From positions 1 to 38,024 of the forward strand of contig CAZPQW010000029.1 in assembly GCA_964588985.1 (NCBI GenBank): a stretch of 38,024 nucleotides of DNA, written 5' to 3'. This DNA comes from an uncultured Solirubrobacteraceae bacterium (GTDB taxonomy: Bacteria; Actinomycetota; Thermoleophilia; Solirubrobacterales; Solirubrobacteraceae). Under the pieces are notes generated by a model. The model saw only the letters and a program-made list of their open reading frames with translations, made no database searches and had not been told where the DNA came from. The number at the start of each line of letters is the position of its first letter. Within the stretch, counting starts at the first letter, position 1. Positions 20,415 through 32,235 of the stretch are shown here, one piece after another. Both the position numbers and the translations under genes were made by a program.

Positions 20415-22316
20415 TCACCCTTCAGCTTCGCCTTCGCACGTTTCGGTGTCGTCCTTCGCGGCTTCGGTGAGATTCACCCTGGCGACGGTGCTCCCGTGTG
20501 GGTTGCGGATGACGAGCTCGGTGGGCAGCGGCGAGAAGGATCCGTAGGCGAGCACGCCGCCGGCGTGCAGGCGCGCCGGGATAGCTCCCTTGCGCAGCGG
20601 GACGAGCGCGCCGGAGACTCGCGCGAGCACGGTGTCGCGCGGAGCTCTGAGGAGGCCGTAGACGATCGCGTGTGGCTGGGGTGTGCAGCCTCCCGACACT
20701 TTTGATTCGAACACACGCGTGCGGTCGCGCGGGGATCCTTCTTCGAGTTTTTCTTCGATGCGGTTCACGCCCCCGCCGTCGCTGAAGAACGATTCTTCGC
20801 TGGCTTCGTCGAGTTTCAGTTCGAAGTGGATGTGGCCGAGTTCGCGGTAGCGCTCCGCACGGATCGTGAACGCCGGTCCCTGCGGAGGGGTTTCGTGCAC
20901 CAGGCGCACGATGCCGTGGGGGAAGACTTTGCGGAGCTTCTTGGCGCATTCCACGACGGCGGGCAGCTTCAACACGGTCAGCTGGTTGCCGTTCGCATCC
21001 AGCTCGGTGAGCGAGACCGGAATGGGCGAGGGGCCGCGCACCACCTGGTAGTAGAGGCCGGCCGGTCCTCCCAGGCGGGCGGGCACGCGGATGGCGGGCG
21101 AGGTGATGGTGCGGTTGTCGCTCAGCAGCAGGCGCACGCTGTGCGCGGCGGGGAGCAGGTTCGCCTCGACGGTGAGTAGTCCCGCGTTGCAGGTGACCTT
21201 CTGTTCAGGGGTGACGTGCGAGCGCGACAGGCATCTGTCGGTGCCGAATGAGGAGAGAAGGGTCAGCAGGCTTTCGGTGCTCGGACGGGAGGGTTCTTCG
21301 ACCGTGATTTCCGCGGTGCAGGTTTCGTGCCTCACCGCGCGCGGGATCCGACCACCGATCGGCTTGAACGTTTCGGCTCGTTTTGCTCGCACGACGAACC
21401 GCCCGCCGGCGGCGGCTCTGCCACGGTAGATCACGACGGGCTTCCTGATCGGGTGCGGTGGTGGCGGCAGCAGTCGTTTTTTCCTCGCGGGTATGCCGAT
21501 CGCGGCTTCGAGCTGCGTGAGGGTGTCTGCCTGCGCCTTGCGGTCCTTGCTCAGGACGGCGTCGAGCGATTTGGTGCGAACGGCGAGCGCCCTGTCGGCG
21601 GCGTTCTCGTATGGGACGAGACTCTGGGGGAGGGGCTTGACGTGGAGGCCAAGGTCGATGGCCAGCACTTCGAATACGTGCTCGATGGTCGCTTCGATCC
21701 GCTTGGTGAATTCCTTGGAGGCGGGGGACAGCGTCTTGTAGCCGCTCGCCACCCAGGAGCGCATGTCGGCGCACACGGGCGGCGTGGGGCTGTTGAGCTC
21801 TTCCTGCAGGATCGCGAGCGTCGCGTGCGAGAGAGCGTTGATCGCGGGGTCGCTCCATTGCAGCGGTGTGAGCGCGGCGATCAGCACTGTGGTCGCGTTG
21901 CGGTCCGAAATCTTCGACGCGCCTTCGAGCGCCTCGGCCAGCTCGAGCTGCAGATCCTCGCGCTGCCTGGACTCTCGCTGGCCTTCGCCCTGCGCCCGCG
22001 CGCTCGTCTGCGTCGAGGGACCGGGCCCGGAGGAGGCGACGCCTCCGAGTTCCGGTTCGGAGGGCGGCGCGCCGGTGAGGACGCCCGGGCATTCGCCTGA
22101 GATCTGAGCGGCGGCGGCGGCGACCGCGGCGTTGGATTGCGGCACGTTCGCGAGCTCCGCTTCGTCCCATGCCTCGGTCGCGACGAGGTACGCGTGCGTG
22201 GTCGCACGGTCCGCGGCCGTTGGCTTTGGCATGGCAGCGATGCTCGGCGGGGCGACGACGCCGGCCACCGTAAGTGCTGCAAACGCGGCGGCGGTCCCGA
22301 TCGCTCGAACGTTCAC
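20415..22316 (-). CDS. Uncharacterised secreted protein, paralog B (8 conserved Cys)
   Basis: Start placed at GTG 22316 (alt ATG 22328): NVRAIGTAAAFAALTVAGVVAPPSIAA signal peptide, TATGCT -10 7 nt upstream; shares ATHAYL, WSDP, SGY, PYENA, GGPAG, RLHA, CEG motifs with paralog A. Confidence 0.85.
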   Translation of the reverse strand: MNVRAIGTAAAFAALTVAGVVAPPSIAAMPKPTAADRATTHAYLVATEAWDEAELANVPQSNAAVAAAAAQISGECPGVLTGAPPSEPELGGVASSGPGPSTQTSARAQGEGQRESRQREDLQLELAEALEGASKISDRNATTVLIAALTPLQWSDPAINALSHATLAILQEELNSPTPPVCADMRSWVASGYKTLSPASKEFTKRIEATIEHVFEVLAIDLGLHVKPLPQSLVPYENAADRALAVRTKSLDAVLSKDRKAQADTLTQLEAAIGIPARKKRLLPPPPHPIRKPVVIYRGRAAAGGRFVVRAKRAETFKPIGGRIPRAVRHETCTAEITVEEPSRPSTESLLTLLSSFGTDRCLSRSHVTPEQKVTCNAGLLTVEANLLPAAHSVRLLLSDNRTITSPAIRVPARLGGPAGLYYQVVRGPSPIPVSLTELDANGNQLTVLKLPAVVECAKKLRKVFPHGIVRLVHETPPQGPAFTIRAERYRELGHIHFELKLDEASEESFFSDGGGVNRIEEKLEEGSPRDRTRVFESKVSGGCTPQPHAIVYGLLRAPRDTVLARVSGALVPLRKGAIPARLHAGGVLAYGSFSPLPTELVIRNPHGSTVARVNLTEAAKDDTETCEGEAEG

Positions 22317-22323
22317 GCCCGAG

Positions 22324-22352
22324 AGCATACGAACCGAGCCGGCCCCTATGCT
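22324..22352. promoter_or_regulatory. Back-to-back TATGCT -10 elements (paralog B / surE)
   Basis: AGCATA(22324-29)-N17-TATGCT(22347-52). Confidence 0.5.
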
Positions 22353-22364
22353 GGACAGTAAGCG

Positions 22365-25216
<2,852 letters not shown>

Positions 25217-25270
25217 GCCGGTGGCTTGGTGTGTAGAGCGTTTTGTGAAATCGTTTGAGTTCGCAACCCC

Positions 25271-25864
25271 TTACATAGGCGTTGCCGCGCACACATCAAG
25301 GCCGAGCCCGTGGGCTACCTCGTTGCCTAGTTCGTTGTCTTCGTTGTAGCCCTTTTCGCGTTCTTCCCTGCGGACGATTGCGAATTCCCTCTGAGCGGTA
25401 GCCCAACCTTGCAGTTCAGTGGCAGCATTGTCCCAGTCTCCGGCCATCTTCAGCATCCTCAGTTCATCCTGTGGTGGCGCTGTCGATGCCCTGATCTGTC
25501 TGTCGAGCGACAGCAGCCCTTCCGCCTTGATTTCCAGCTGCGCGGCATCGCCAGGCTTTACGTTCGCGGCTGCTTCACGGGCCTGTACGTTGAGGCCTTC
25601 TTCCCGGCACGTGGCGTTCAGCTCCGTGTCCCAGGTGTGCTGATCGGGAGGGGCCGTGGTGCTCGTGGTCGAATTCGTACCCGTGACCGTGGGCCCAGTT
25701 TTCGTCGACTGGTTCGGCGGACTGGCAGCTTGGCCCCCGCCACTGAACAGCGTCGCCAAGCCCGCCACTGCACTGAGAAGCGCGGCTAGGCCGGTCAATA
25801 CGCGTGCCAACGACTTCCAAAATTTCCAAAAGCTGGTTTTGGGTTTGTCTGGTCGATCTGTCAT
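25271..25864 (-). CDS. Hypothetical membrane-anchored exported protein
   Basis: N-terminal TM (VLTGLAALLSAVAGLATLF), S/T linker, helical domain with two Cys (NATC...GLDVCA); visibly lower GC; start uncertain (25864 or 25894). Confidence 0.7.
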   Translation of the reverse strand: MTDRPDKPKTSFWKFWKSLARVLTGLAALLSAVAGLATLFSGGGQAASPPNQSTKTGPTVTGTNSTTSTTAPPDQHTWDTELNATCREEGLNVQAREAAANVKPGDAAQLEIKAEGLLSLDRQIRASTAPPQDELRMLKMAGDWDNAATELQGWATAQREFAIVRREEREKGYNEDNELGNEVAHGLGLDVCAATPM

Positions 25865-26070
25865 GGATGTTGCACTCGAGGCAAGGGGGTTCAAACAGAA
25901 AGCGTCTTGGGATAGTTCGACGCACTGAACTCATGCCGTGAGCGGCGCAAGTAGCCGTTCGGCCTTCGACCCGGCCAGTGAGCTTGAGGAGCATAGGAAT
26001 CGGTTTCAACTAGTCGGAGCTGGACAAGGGCGGGTCGAGTCGGCTCTAGGACCTGTTGGAAGGCGCTGGA

Positions 26071-27336
26071 TCAGTAGTTCGCGAGGCTGATCGCGAGGTG
26101 GTCCTGGAAGGTGTGCGCCGCTTCGATGCCGATCCCGTCGTTGAAGATGGCGAACGCGAGCAGGTGCCCGTCGGCGGCCTGGCAGTAGCCGACGAGGTTC
26201 GACACGCCGGTGAGCGTGCCGGTCTTGCCCTGGCATTTGCCCGCGGCGGCGGTGTGACGCATGCGCCGTTCGAGCGTGCCGCTCCTGCCGGCGACGGCGA
26301 GGCTTTCGCGCAGCACCGCGCCGGTGGGCGTGGAGGCGAGCTCGACGAGCAGGTCGGCGACTTCGTAGGGGGAGGTGCGGTCGGCTTCGGAGAGGCCCGA
26401 GCCGTCGACTACGGAGGGGTGGAGCCCGAGCAGCGAGGTGATCGTCCGCGCGATGACCGCGGCGCCCGCTGCGGTGGTGCCGGCGCCGCCGAAGCGCGCG
26501 CCGAGGTCCTTGACGAGCGTCTCGGCGAAGAAGTTGTCCGACGGCGGCAGCGTGAGCTTGAGCAGCTGCGCGACGGTGGGGGACTGGACCTCGGCTAGCT
26601 GCGTTGCGCCGGCTGGCGCGGTGGCGGCGCCCCAGTGGCCGTGGATGCGGACGCCGTGCGCCTTGAGCGTGGCCCACAGCTCGCGCGCGGCATAGGCGGC
26701 GGGGGCGTGCGCGCTGTGTTCGTGGCCGACGGCGCCGCGGTTGAACGCGAGCGCGGAGAGCGTGCCTTCGAGGAACGGGTCGGGGGCGTAGTTGCTGGAG
26801 GGCTCGCCGCGCTTGGAGTCGAACGCGGACTCGTCGCCGAGGACCCGGCCGGTGATGCTGTGGATGCCGGCGGTGCGCACGAGCTGGGTGGCGAGCGTGG
26901 AGACGCTCGAGCCGATTCCGCCGTAGTAGGCGCGGATGAAGCTGGTGGAGCCGAAGGTGGGGTCCCCTCCGCCGCGCAGGTAGAGGTTGCCTTCCCACAT
27001 CCCGCCGGGCGCGAGGTGCCCGACGCCGTAGACGGTGGTGGCGAGGCGCGTGGTGGGGCCCATCTCGGCGAGCACGGCGGTGGCGGTGTAGAGCTTCTCC
27101 ACCGATGCGGGCGGGCGCAGCGTGCCGGCGCGTTCGGAGAACAGCGCCTGCTTGTCGGTGAGGTCGTAGACGTAGGCGCCGTCGTGCGGGCCGGCGAGCG
27201 CGAGCTGATGGGCGAAGTCGGCCTGTAGTTCTGGCAGTCCGCTGACTGCGGCGGCGCTCGTTGCGGAGAACAACGGGGCGGCGAGGGCAAGTCCACACAG
27301 CAGAATCAGGGCTTTTGCGCGGGAATTCCGGGGCAC
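26071..27336 (-). CDS. dacB: D-Ala-D-Ala carboxypeptidase/endopeptidase (PBP4, peptidase S13)
   Basis: PASVEK (SxxK), GGGDPT, SDN, DGSGLS, KTGT; signal peptide after GTG 27336. Confidence 0.93.
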   Translation of the reverse strand: MPRNSRAKALILLCGLALAAPLFSATSAAAVSGLPELQADFAHQLALAGPHDGAYVYDLTDKQALFSERAGTLRPPASVEKLYTATAVLAEMGPTTRLATTVYGVGHLAPGGMWEGNLYLRGGGDPTFGSTSFIRAYYGGIGSSVSTLATQLVRTAGIHSITGRVLGDESAFDSKRGEPSSNYAPDPFLEGTLSALAFNRGAVGHEHSAHAPAAYAARELWATLKAHGVRIHGHWGAATAPAGATQLAEVQSPTVAQLLKLTLPPSDNFFAETLVKDLGARFGGAGTTAAGAAVIARTITSLLGLHPSVVDGSGLSEADRTSPYEVADLLVELASTPTGAVLRESLAVAGRSGTLERRMRHTAAAGKCQGKTGTLTGVSNLVGYCQAADGHLLAFAIFNDGIGIEAAHTFQDHLAISLANY

Positions 27337-27357
27337 CGACCGTAGAATGTGTAGTGC
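27337..27357. promoter_or_regulatory. Overlapping -10 elements, candidate bidirectional leaderless promoter (dacB / patatin)
   Basis: + TAGAAT 27343-48, 9 nt before ATG 27358; - CATTCT 27349-44, 7 nt before GTG 27336. Confidence 0.55.
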
Positions 27358-28671
27358 ATGGGCAAGGTTGTCAAGCTGGAACCGACCGCCAAGGGCAAGC
27401 CGAGGAGTGCTCGCCTGGCCGCTCGCGGCGTCGGTCAGCCCGCGTCGGTGGAGCGCAGGCGCCGCTCCCGACGCGACAAGACGGCGCTGGTGCTCGGCGG
27501 CGGCGGCTTCACGGGCGGGGTGTACGAGATCGGCGCGCTGAGGGCGCTCGACCTGCTGGCAGTGAACAGCACGGTGAACAACTTCGACGTTTACGTGGGC
27601 ACCTCCGCGGGCTCCTTCATCGCTGCGCTGTGCGCGAACGGCGTGACCCCGGAGGAGATGATGCGGGTGGTGACCCGTCAGGGCACGCCGGCGTTCAAGG
27701 ACATCGGCCTCGGCGATCTGCTGCGCCCGAACCTGCTGGAGTTCGCGCGCAAGGGCGCGACGCTGCCGCTGCGTGCGATGGGGATCGCCCGCGATCTGCT
27801 CTCCCAGCCGGGCGGGATGTCGCTGATGGACGTGTTCATGGGTCTCGCGGACGCGCTGCCGTCGGGCCTCTACACGGGCGCGGGGATCGAGAAGTACCTG
27901 CAGACGGTGCTGAACGAGCCGGGGCGGACGGACAACTTCGGCGAGCTGGACTGCGAGCTGTACCTCACCGCCACGGACCTGGATACCTGCGAGCGCGTGG
28001 TGATGGGCGTGGACGGCTCGAAAGACGTGCCGATCTCCACAGCGGTGCGCGCCTCCGGGGCGCTGCCGATGGTGTACGCGCCGGTGCGCGTGCACGACCG
28101 CGAGCTGATCGACGGCGGGATCGTGTCGACGACGAACCTGGACATCGCGGTGCAGGCGGGCGCGAAGATGGTGGTGGTGATCAACCCGATCGTGCCGTTC
28201 GTGAACGACTTCTCGAGCACGGTGAACACGCTGCGCGGCAAGCGCCCGCGGCGGGTGTCGGACATGGGCTTCGCGCAGATCGGCTACCAGGTGTTCAAGC
28301 TCGTGGCCCACCAGCGCCTGCACGAACTGGCGAAGGGCTGGGAGGAGCGCTATCCGGGCGTTGACATCGTGTTGATCGAGCCGGAGCCGACGGACGAACT
28401 GATGTTCCAGACGTCGATGATGAGCTTCACCTCGCGCGTTGAGATCGCGCGCCACGGCTTCGAGTCGGTGACGAAGCAGCTGGCGGGCGAATACGACCGC
28501 TTCCAGGCGGTGGCCGAACGCCACGGCCTGACGATCTCGGCGAAGCGCGTGCGGCGGGTGGTGGAACACTTCGACGAGCGGGGCGAGGACGTGAGCGCTT
28601 GGCGCAAGATCCTCGAGGGCACCACGGGCGCGCTGCTACGTCAGTCTTCCGGCTCGGCCTCGGCCGGCTGA
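27358..28671 (+). CDS. Patatin-like phospholipase/esterase
   Basis: LGGGGFTG, GTSAG nucleophile elbow, DGG motif. Confidence 0.93.
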   Translation: MGKVVKLEPTAKGKPRSARLAARGVGQPASVERRRRSRRDKTALVLGGGGFTGGVYEIGALRALDLLAVNSTVNNFDVYVGTSAGSFIAALCANGVTPEEMMRVVTRQGTPAFKDIGLGDLLRPNLLEFARKGATLPLRAMGIARDLLSQPGGMSLMDVFMGLADALPSGLYTGAGIEKYLQTVLNEPGRTDNFGELDCELYLTATDLDTCERVVMGVDGSKDVPISTAVRASGALPMVYAPVRVHDRELIDGGIVSTTNLDIAVQAGAKMVVVINPIVPFVNDFSSTVNTLRGKRPRRVSDMGFAQIGYQVFKLVAHQRLHELAKGWEERYPGVDIVLIEPEPTDELMFQTSMMSFTSRVEIARHGFESVTKQLAGEYDRFQAVAERHGLTISAKRVRRVVEHFDERGEDVSAWRKILEGTTGALLRQSSGSASAG

Positions 28672-29801
28672 GCGACTTCCGCGTCCGTCACGAGCGCGCC
28701 TTCGAGCGCTTTGTCGATCGCGTTGATGAGGCGGTCTGTCGCCCGTGCGGAGGCGAGCGCGATCCGCACGTGCCCGGGCTCTCCGAGTGCGTCGCCTGCG
28801 GCTACGAGCACCCCGGCGCGCGACAGGCGCGTGGCTAGCTCGGCGCCCTCGATGGTGGGGTGCGCGGCCCAGAGGAAGTTGGCCTGGCTGTCGGTGACGT
28901 CGAACCCGCGCTCGCGCAGCGCGTCGGTGGCGCGCGGGCGCTCCTTGCAGATGGCGCGCACGCGGCGCTCGACGACGTCCGAGCAGGTGCGAAGCGCCTC
29001 CAGGGCGCCGCCCTGTGCGACCTCCGATACGCCGAGGTCGGGGTCGAGCTCGGCGAGCAGCTCCTCGGAGCCGGGGCCGCCGATGGCGTAGCCGATGCGC
29101 AGTCCCGCGAGGCCCCACGCCTTGGAGAAGCTGCGGAACACGAGCAGCCGCGGGTGGGTGGCGAGCAGCTCGAGCGATGAGCTGGAGGGTTGCGCGTCGG
29201 CGAAGTCGACGAGCGCCTCGTCGAGCAGCACCGCGACTCCCTCCGGTACGCCCTCGAGCAGTCGCCGCAGCTCGGCGGTGGGCACGAGCTCGCCGGTGGG
29301 GTCGTTGGGGCTGGCGAGCGCGATCACGCGCACGTCGGGATCCTGGGCTGCTGCGAGCAGCTCGTCGACCCCGCCGCTGACGCGTTTGGCGACGCCGTGC
29401 GCGCGGCGGGCCATGAGCGGGTAGAGCGGGTAGGAGGGCCAGAGCGTGAGCAGCTGCTGGCCGGGGGAGATGAGCGCGCGGGTGGCTGCGCTGAGCAGCT
29501 CGGCGGCGCCGTTGCCGAGGATCAGCCGCTGCGGCTCGACGCCATGGCGCTCGGCGAGCTCGCCGCGCAGGTCGGTGCTGGTGAGGTGCGGGTAGCGGTG
29601 CATCCCGCGGCGGGCGACGAAGGTGATCGCGTTGACGATCCGCGGGTGGGGCAGCTCGGGCCAGGTGGTCTGTGAGAGGTCGAGCGTGTCGACGCGGGTG
29701 AGCGCTTTGCGCTTGCGCTCGGCTGCTTCCTCGCGCAGCCCGGCGTTGACCTCCTCCTCGGACATCGCCTCGAACTGGCGGTAGTAGTCGGTCAGGCCCA
29801 C
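28641..29801 (-). CDS. PLP-dependent aminotransferase class I/II (HisC/CobD-like, divergent)
   Basis: GNGAAEL, SPNDPTG, LLDEAL, RSFSKAWGLAGLRIGY, SQANF. Confidence 0.9.
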   Translation of the reverse strand: MGLTDYYRQFEAMSEEEVNAGLREEAAERKRKALTRVDTLDLSQTTWPELPHPRIVNAITFVARRGMHRYPHLTSTDLRGELAERHGVEPQRLILGNGAAELLSAATRALISPGQQLLTLWPSYPLYPLMARRAHGVAKRVSGGVDELLAAAQDPDVRVIALASPNDPTGELVPTAELRRLLEGVPEGVAVLLDEALVDFADAQPSSSSLELLATHPRLLVFRSFSKAWGLAGLRIGYAIGGPGSEELLAELDPDLGVSEVAQGGALEALRTCSDVVERRVRAICKERPRATDALRERGFDVTDSQANFLWAAHPTIEGAELATRLSRAGVLVAAGDALGEPGHVRIALASARATDRLINAIDKALEGALVTDAEVAQPAEAEPED

Positions 29802-29808
29802 GCGTTCG

Positions 29809-30288
29809 TCATGCCCCGTTGCCCGAGAACGTGCTCGAGCCGGGTCCGTGGATCAGCAGGAACCACACGGCGAACACGAGCGCGCAGACGGCGCACGTGA
29901 TGGCGAAGACCCTGCCCATGATGCCGTTGCGCTGGTCGTGCCCGGCGGCGCGACGCACGAGGATCCACGCGTTGTCGAGTCGTTTGAGGACGGCGAGCGC
30001 GCCGAACAGCAGCCCGAACAGCCCGATGAACGAGACGAGGATGCCGAGGCTTACGCTGCCGGAGAGGTAGTCGGCCTGCGAGCCGAGCCACAGGCACGCG
30101 AGCGGGATCGGGCCCCAGCAGAGCAGGCTGAGCACGACGATCGAGGCGAGCAGGACGCTCGCGAGCGAGCCGTCGATGCGCTGGCGCATCGCGCTGCCGC
30201 GCTCGGGCAGCGCCCGGAAGCGGACCGGCGCGGTGCCGGGGCGCCTGCCGACGAACAGCCCGCCGTTATCGGATGGATCGCTGCGCAT
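29809..30288 (-). CDS. Hypothetical membrane protein (~3 TM)
   Basis: Hydrophobic segments; 7-nt gap to aminotransferase, co-oriented. Confidence 0.75.
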   Translation of the reverse strand: MRSDPSDNGGLFVGRRPGTAPVRFRALPERGSAMRQRIDGSLASVLLASIVVLSLLCWGPIPLACLWLGSQADYLSGSVSLGILVSFIGLFGLLFGALAVLKRLDNAWILVRRAAGHDQRNGIMGRVFAITCAVCALVFAVWFLLIHGPGSSTFSGNGA

Positions 30289-30325
30289 CGCTACCCATGT
30301 TCGCAGCTAAGGAGCCGGCTGCCGG

Positions 30326-32158
30326 TCAGCTGTTGTAGAGCGCGTCGAAGATGTCCGCGTATTTCTCGTTGACGACGTTGCGCTTGACCTTGAGCGTGGG
30401 CGTGAGCTCGCCCGTTGGCTGGGAGAGGTCGTGGTCGAGGATGGCGAACTTCTTCACCTGCTCGACCTGCGCGTATTTGGCGTTGGCGCGGTCGATCTCC
30501 TTCTGGATCAGCTCGTGGATGGCGGGGTCCTTGGCGAGCGTGGGGACGTCCTCGGGCAGCCCGTGCTCCTTGGCGTAGATCGGGATCTCTTCCTCGTCGA
30601 GCGTGATGAGGATCACGGGGTAGGGGCGCTGGTCGCCGTGCATGACGGCCTGTGAGATCCAGCGGCACTGCTTGAGGTCGTTCTCGATGTTGGCGGGCGT
30701 GAGGTTCTTGCCGCCGGCGGTGATGATGATGTCCTTCTTGCGCCCTGTGATGGAGAGGTAGCCGTCCTCGTCGAGCGAGCCGAGGTCGCCGGTGTGCAGC
30801 CAGCCGTTCTCGACCGCGCCGAAGCTGGTGGGCGCGTGGTTGTGGTAGCCGTCGAAGATGTTGGGGCCTTTGACGAGGATCTCGCCGTCCTCGGCGATCT
30901 TCAGCTCCACGCCCGGCAGCGCGCGCCCGACGGTGCCGAAGCGGTGGTTCTCGACGGTGGAGACGGTGGCGGCGGTGGCGGTCTCGGTCATGCCGTAGCC
31001 CTCGAGCACCGGGATGCCGCAGGCCCAGAAGAATTCGAGGATCTCTTTGGCGATCGGCGCGGCGCCGCTGGTGGCGTGGCGGATGTTGCCGCCGAAGATC
31101 CCGCGGACGAGTTTGAACAGCTCCGCGTCGGCTTCGTCGAAGGGCTTCTGCAGCTCCGGCGGGACCTCTTCGCCGCGGTTCATCATGTCCCTGACCTTCA
31201 CGCCGAGCTCGATCGCGGCCTTGGCCTGGCGGCGCTCCTCGGGCGGCTTGGCGTCGATGGCGCCCTGGGCGAGCGTGTAGATCTTCTCGAACACGCGCGG
31301 CACGGACGGCAGGTAGGTCGGTTTGACCTCCATCAGCTCGGGGACGATCTGTTTGGTGTCGCCGCTGAAGTAGGCGAGGGTGCCGCCGAGGTCGAACACG
31401 GCGAGCTGGATGAGAAGCGCGAAGGAGTGCGCGAGCGGGAGGTAGAGGTAGATGACCTCGTCGCTCTGGATCTCGCCGGCCTCGCCGACCATGTCGATGA
31501 TCGCGCGGTAGTTGCCGTGCGTGAGCACGCAGCCCTTGGGCGGGCCGGTGGTGCCGGAGGTGTAGATGAACGTGAAGGGGTCCTCGGGCTTGACGGCGGC
31601 GCGACGCGCTTCGAGCTCGTCGGCGGAACGAGTGCGCCCGCGCTCGCGGACCTCCTCGAGCGTGACGGGCTTGAGCTTTGCGATCGTCTGCGCGGAGGCC
31701 TCCTCGGACGGGGGGTCCATGACGACGAGCGTGCGCACGTTGGGGATCTGGTCGCGGATGGCGTCGATCTTGGCGAGCTGCTCGTCGTCCTCGCAGATGA
31801 CCGCGCAGGCGCCCGAGTCGGAGATCACCCAGAGGCACTCCTCGGGGGAGTTGGTCTGGTAGATCGGCACGACGACCGCGCCGGCGGAGGTGGCGCCCAT
31901 GTCGGCGTAGGACCAGTCGGGACGGGTGTTGGCGAGGATGCACACGCGGTCGCCGGCCTCGATGCCGAGGTCGATCAATCCGAGGCCGATCTCCTGGACC
32001 GTCTCGGCGAGCTGCGTGTAGTTGACGTCCTGCCACTCGCCGTCGCGCTTATAGCGCACGGCGACCGCGTCGGCGTGCTCGGCGCCCGCGCGCGGGATCA
32101 GAGTGGCGATAGTGCCCGTCTGCGACGCGGTGGTCGATGCCGTGGCCGTGGCCTCCAT
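30326..32158 (-). CDS. fadD: Long-chain fatty acid-CoA ligase (AMP-dependent)
   Basis: YTSGTTGPPKG, EGYGMTE, LHTGDLG, GRKKD, TPTLKVKR; SD GAGGAGGG. Confidence 0.95.
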   Translation of the reverse strand: MEATATASTTASQTGTIATLIPRAGAEHADAVAVRYKRDGEWQDVNYTQLAETVQEIGLGLIDLGIEAGDRVCILANTRPDWSYADMGATSAGAVVVPIYQTNSPEECLWVISDSGACAVICEDDEQLAKIDAIRDQIPNVRTLVVMDPPSEEASAQTIAKLKPVTLEEVRERGRTRSADELEARRAAVKPEDPFTFIYTSGTTGPPKGCVLTHGNYRAIIDMVGEAGEIQSDEVIYLYLPLAHSFALLIQLAVFDLGGTLAYFSGDTKQIVPELMEVKPTYLPSVPRVFEKIYTLAQGAIDAKPPEERRQAKAAIELGVKVRDMMNRGEEVPPELQKPFDEADAELFKLVRGIFGGNIRHATSGAAPIAKEILEFFWACGIPVLEGYGMTETATAATVSTVENHRFGTVGRALPGVELKIAEDGEILVKGPNIFDGYHNHAPTSFGAVENGWLHTGDLGSLDEDGYLSITGRKKDIIITAGGKNLTPANIENDLKQCRWISQAVMHGDQRPYPVILITLDEEEIPIYAKEHGLPEDVPTLAKDPAIHELIQKEIDRANAKYAQVEQVKKFAILDHDLSQPTGELTPTLKVKRNVVNEKYADIFDALYNS

Positions 32159-32235
32159 TGCGATTCCCTCCCTCGAAGAAAAGACGTCTGAGAGTGGGAT
32201 GTTAGAGCCTGATGGAGGGTTTTGAACGGCTCGGA

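Noticed and set aside
25575-26009. 144-aa minus-strand ORF
   Set aside because: Overlaps the better-supported TM protein in another frame; no recognisable features
26071-28569. 832-aa ORF suggesting a DacB fusion
   Set aside because: N-terminal 411 codons are antisense to the patatin; DacB signal peptide begins near 27336
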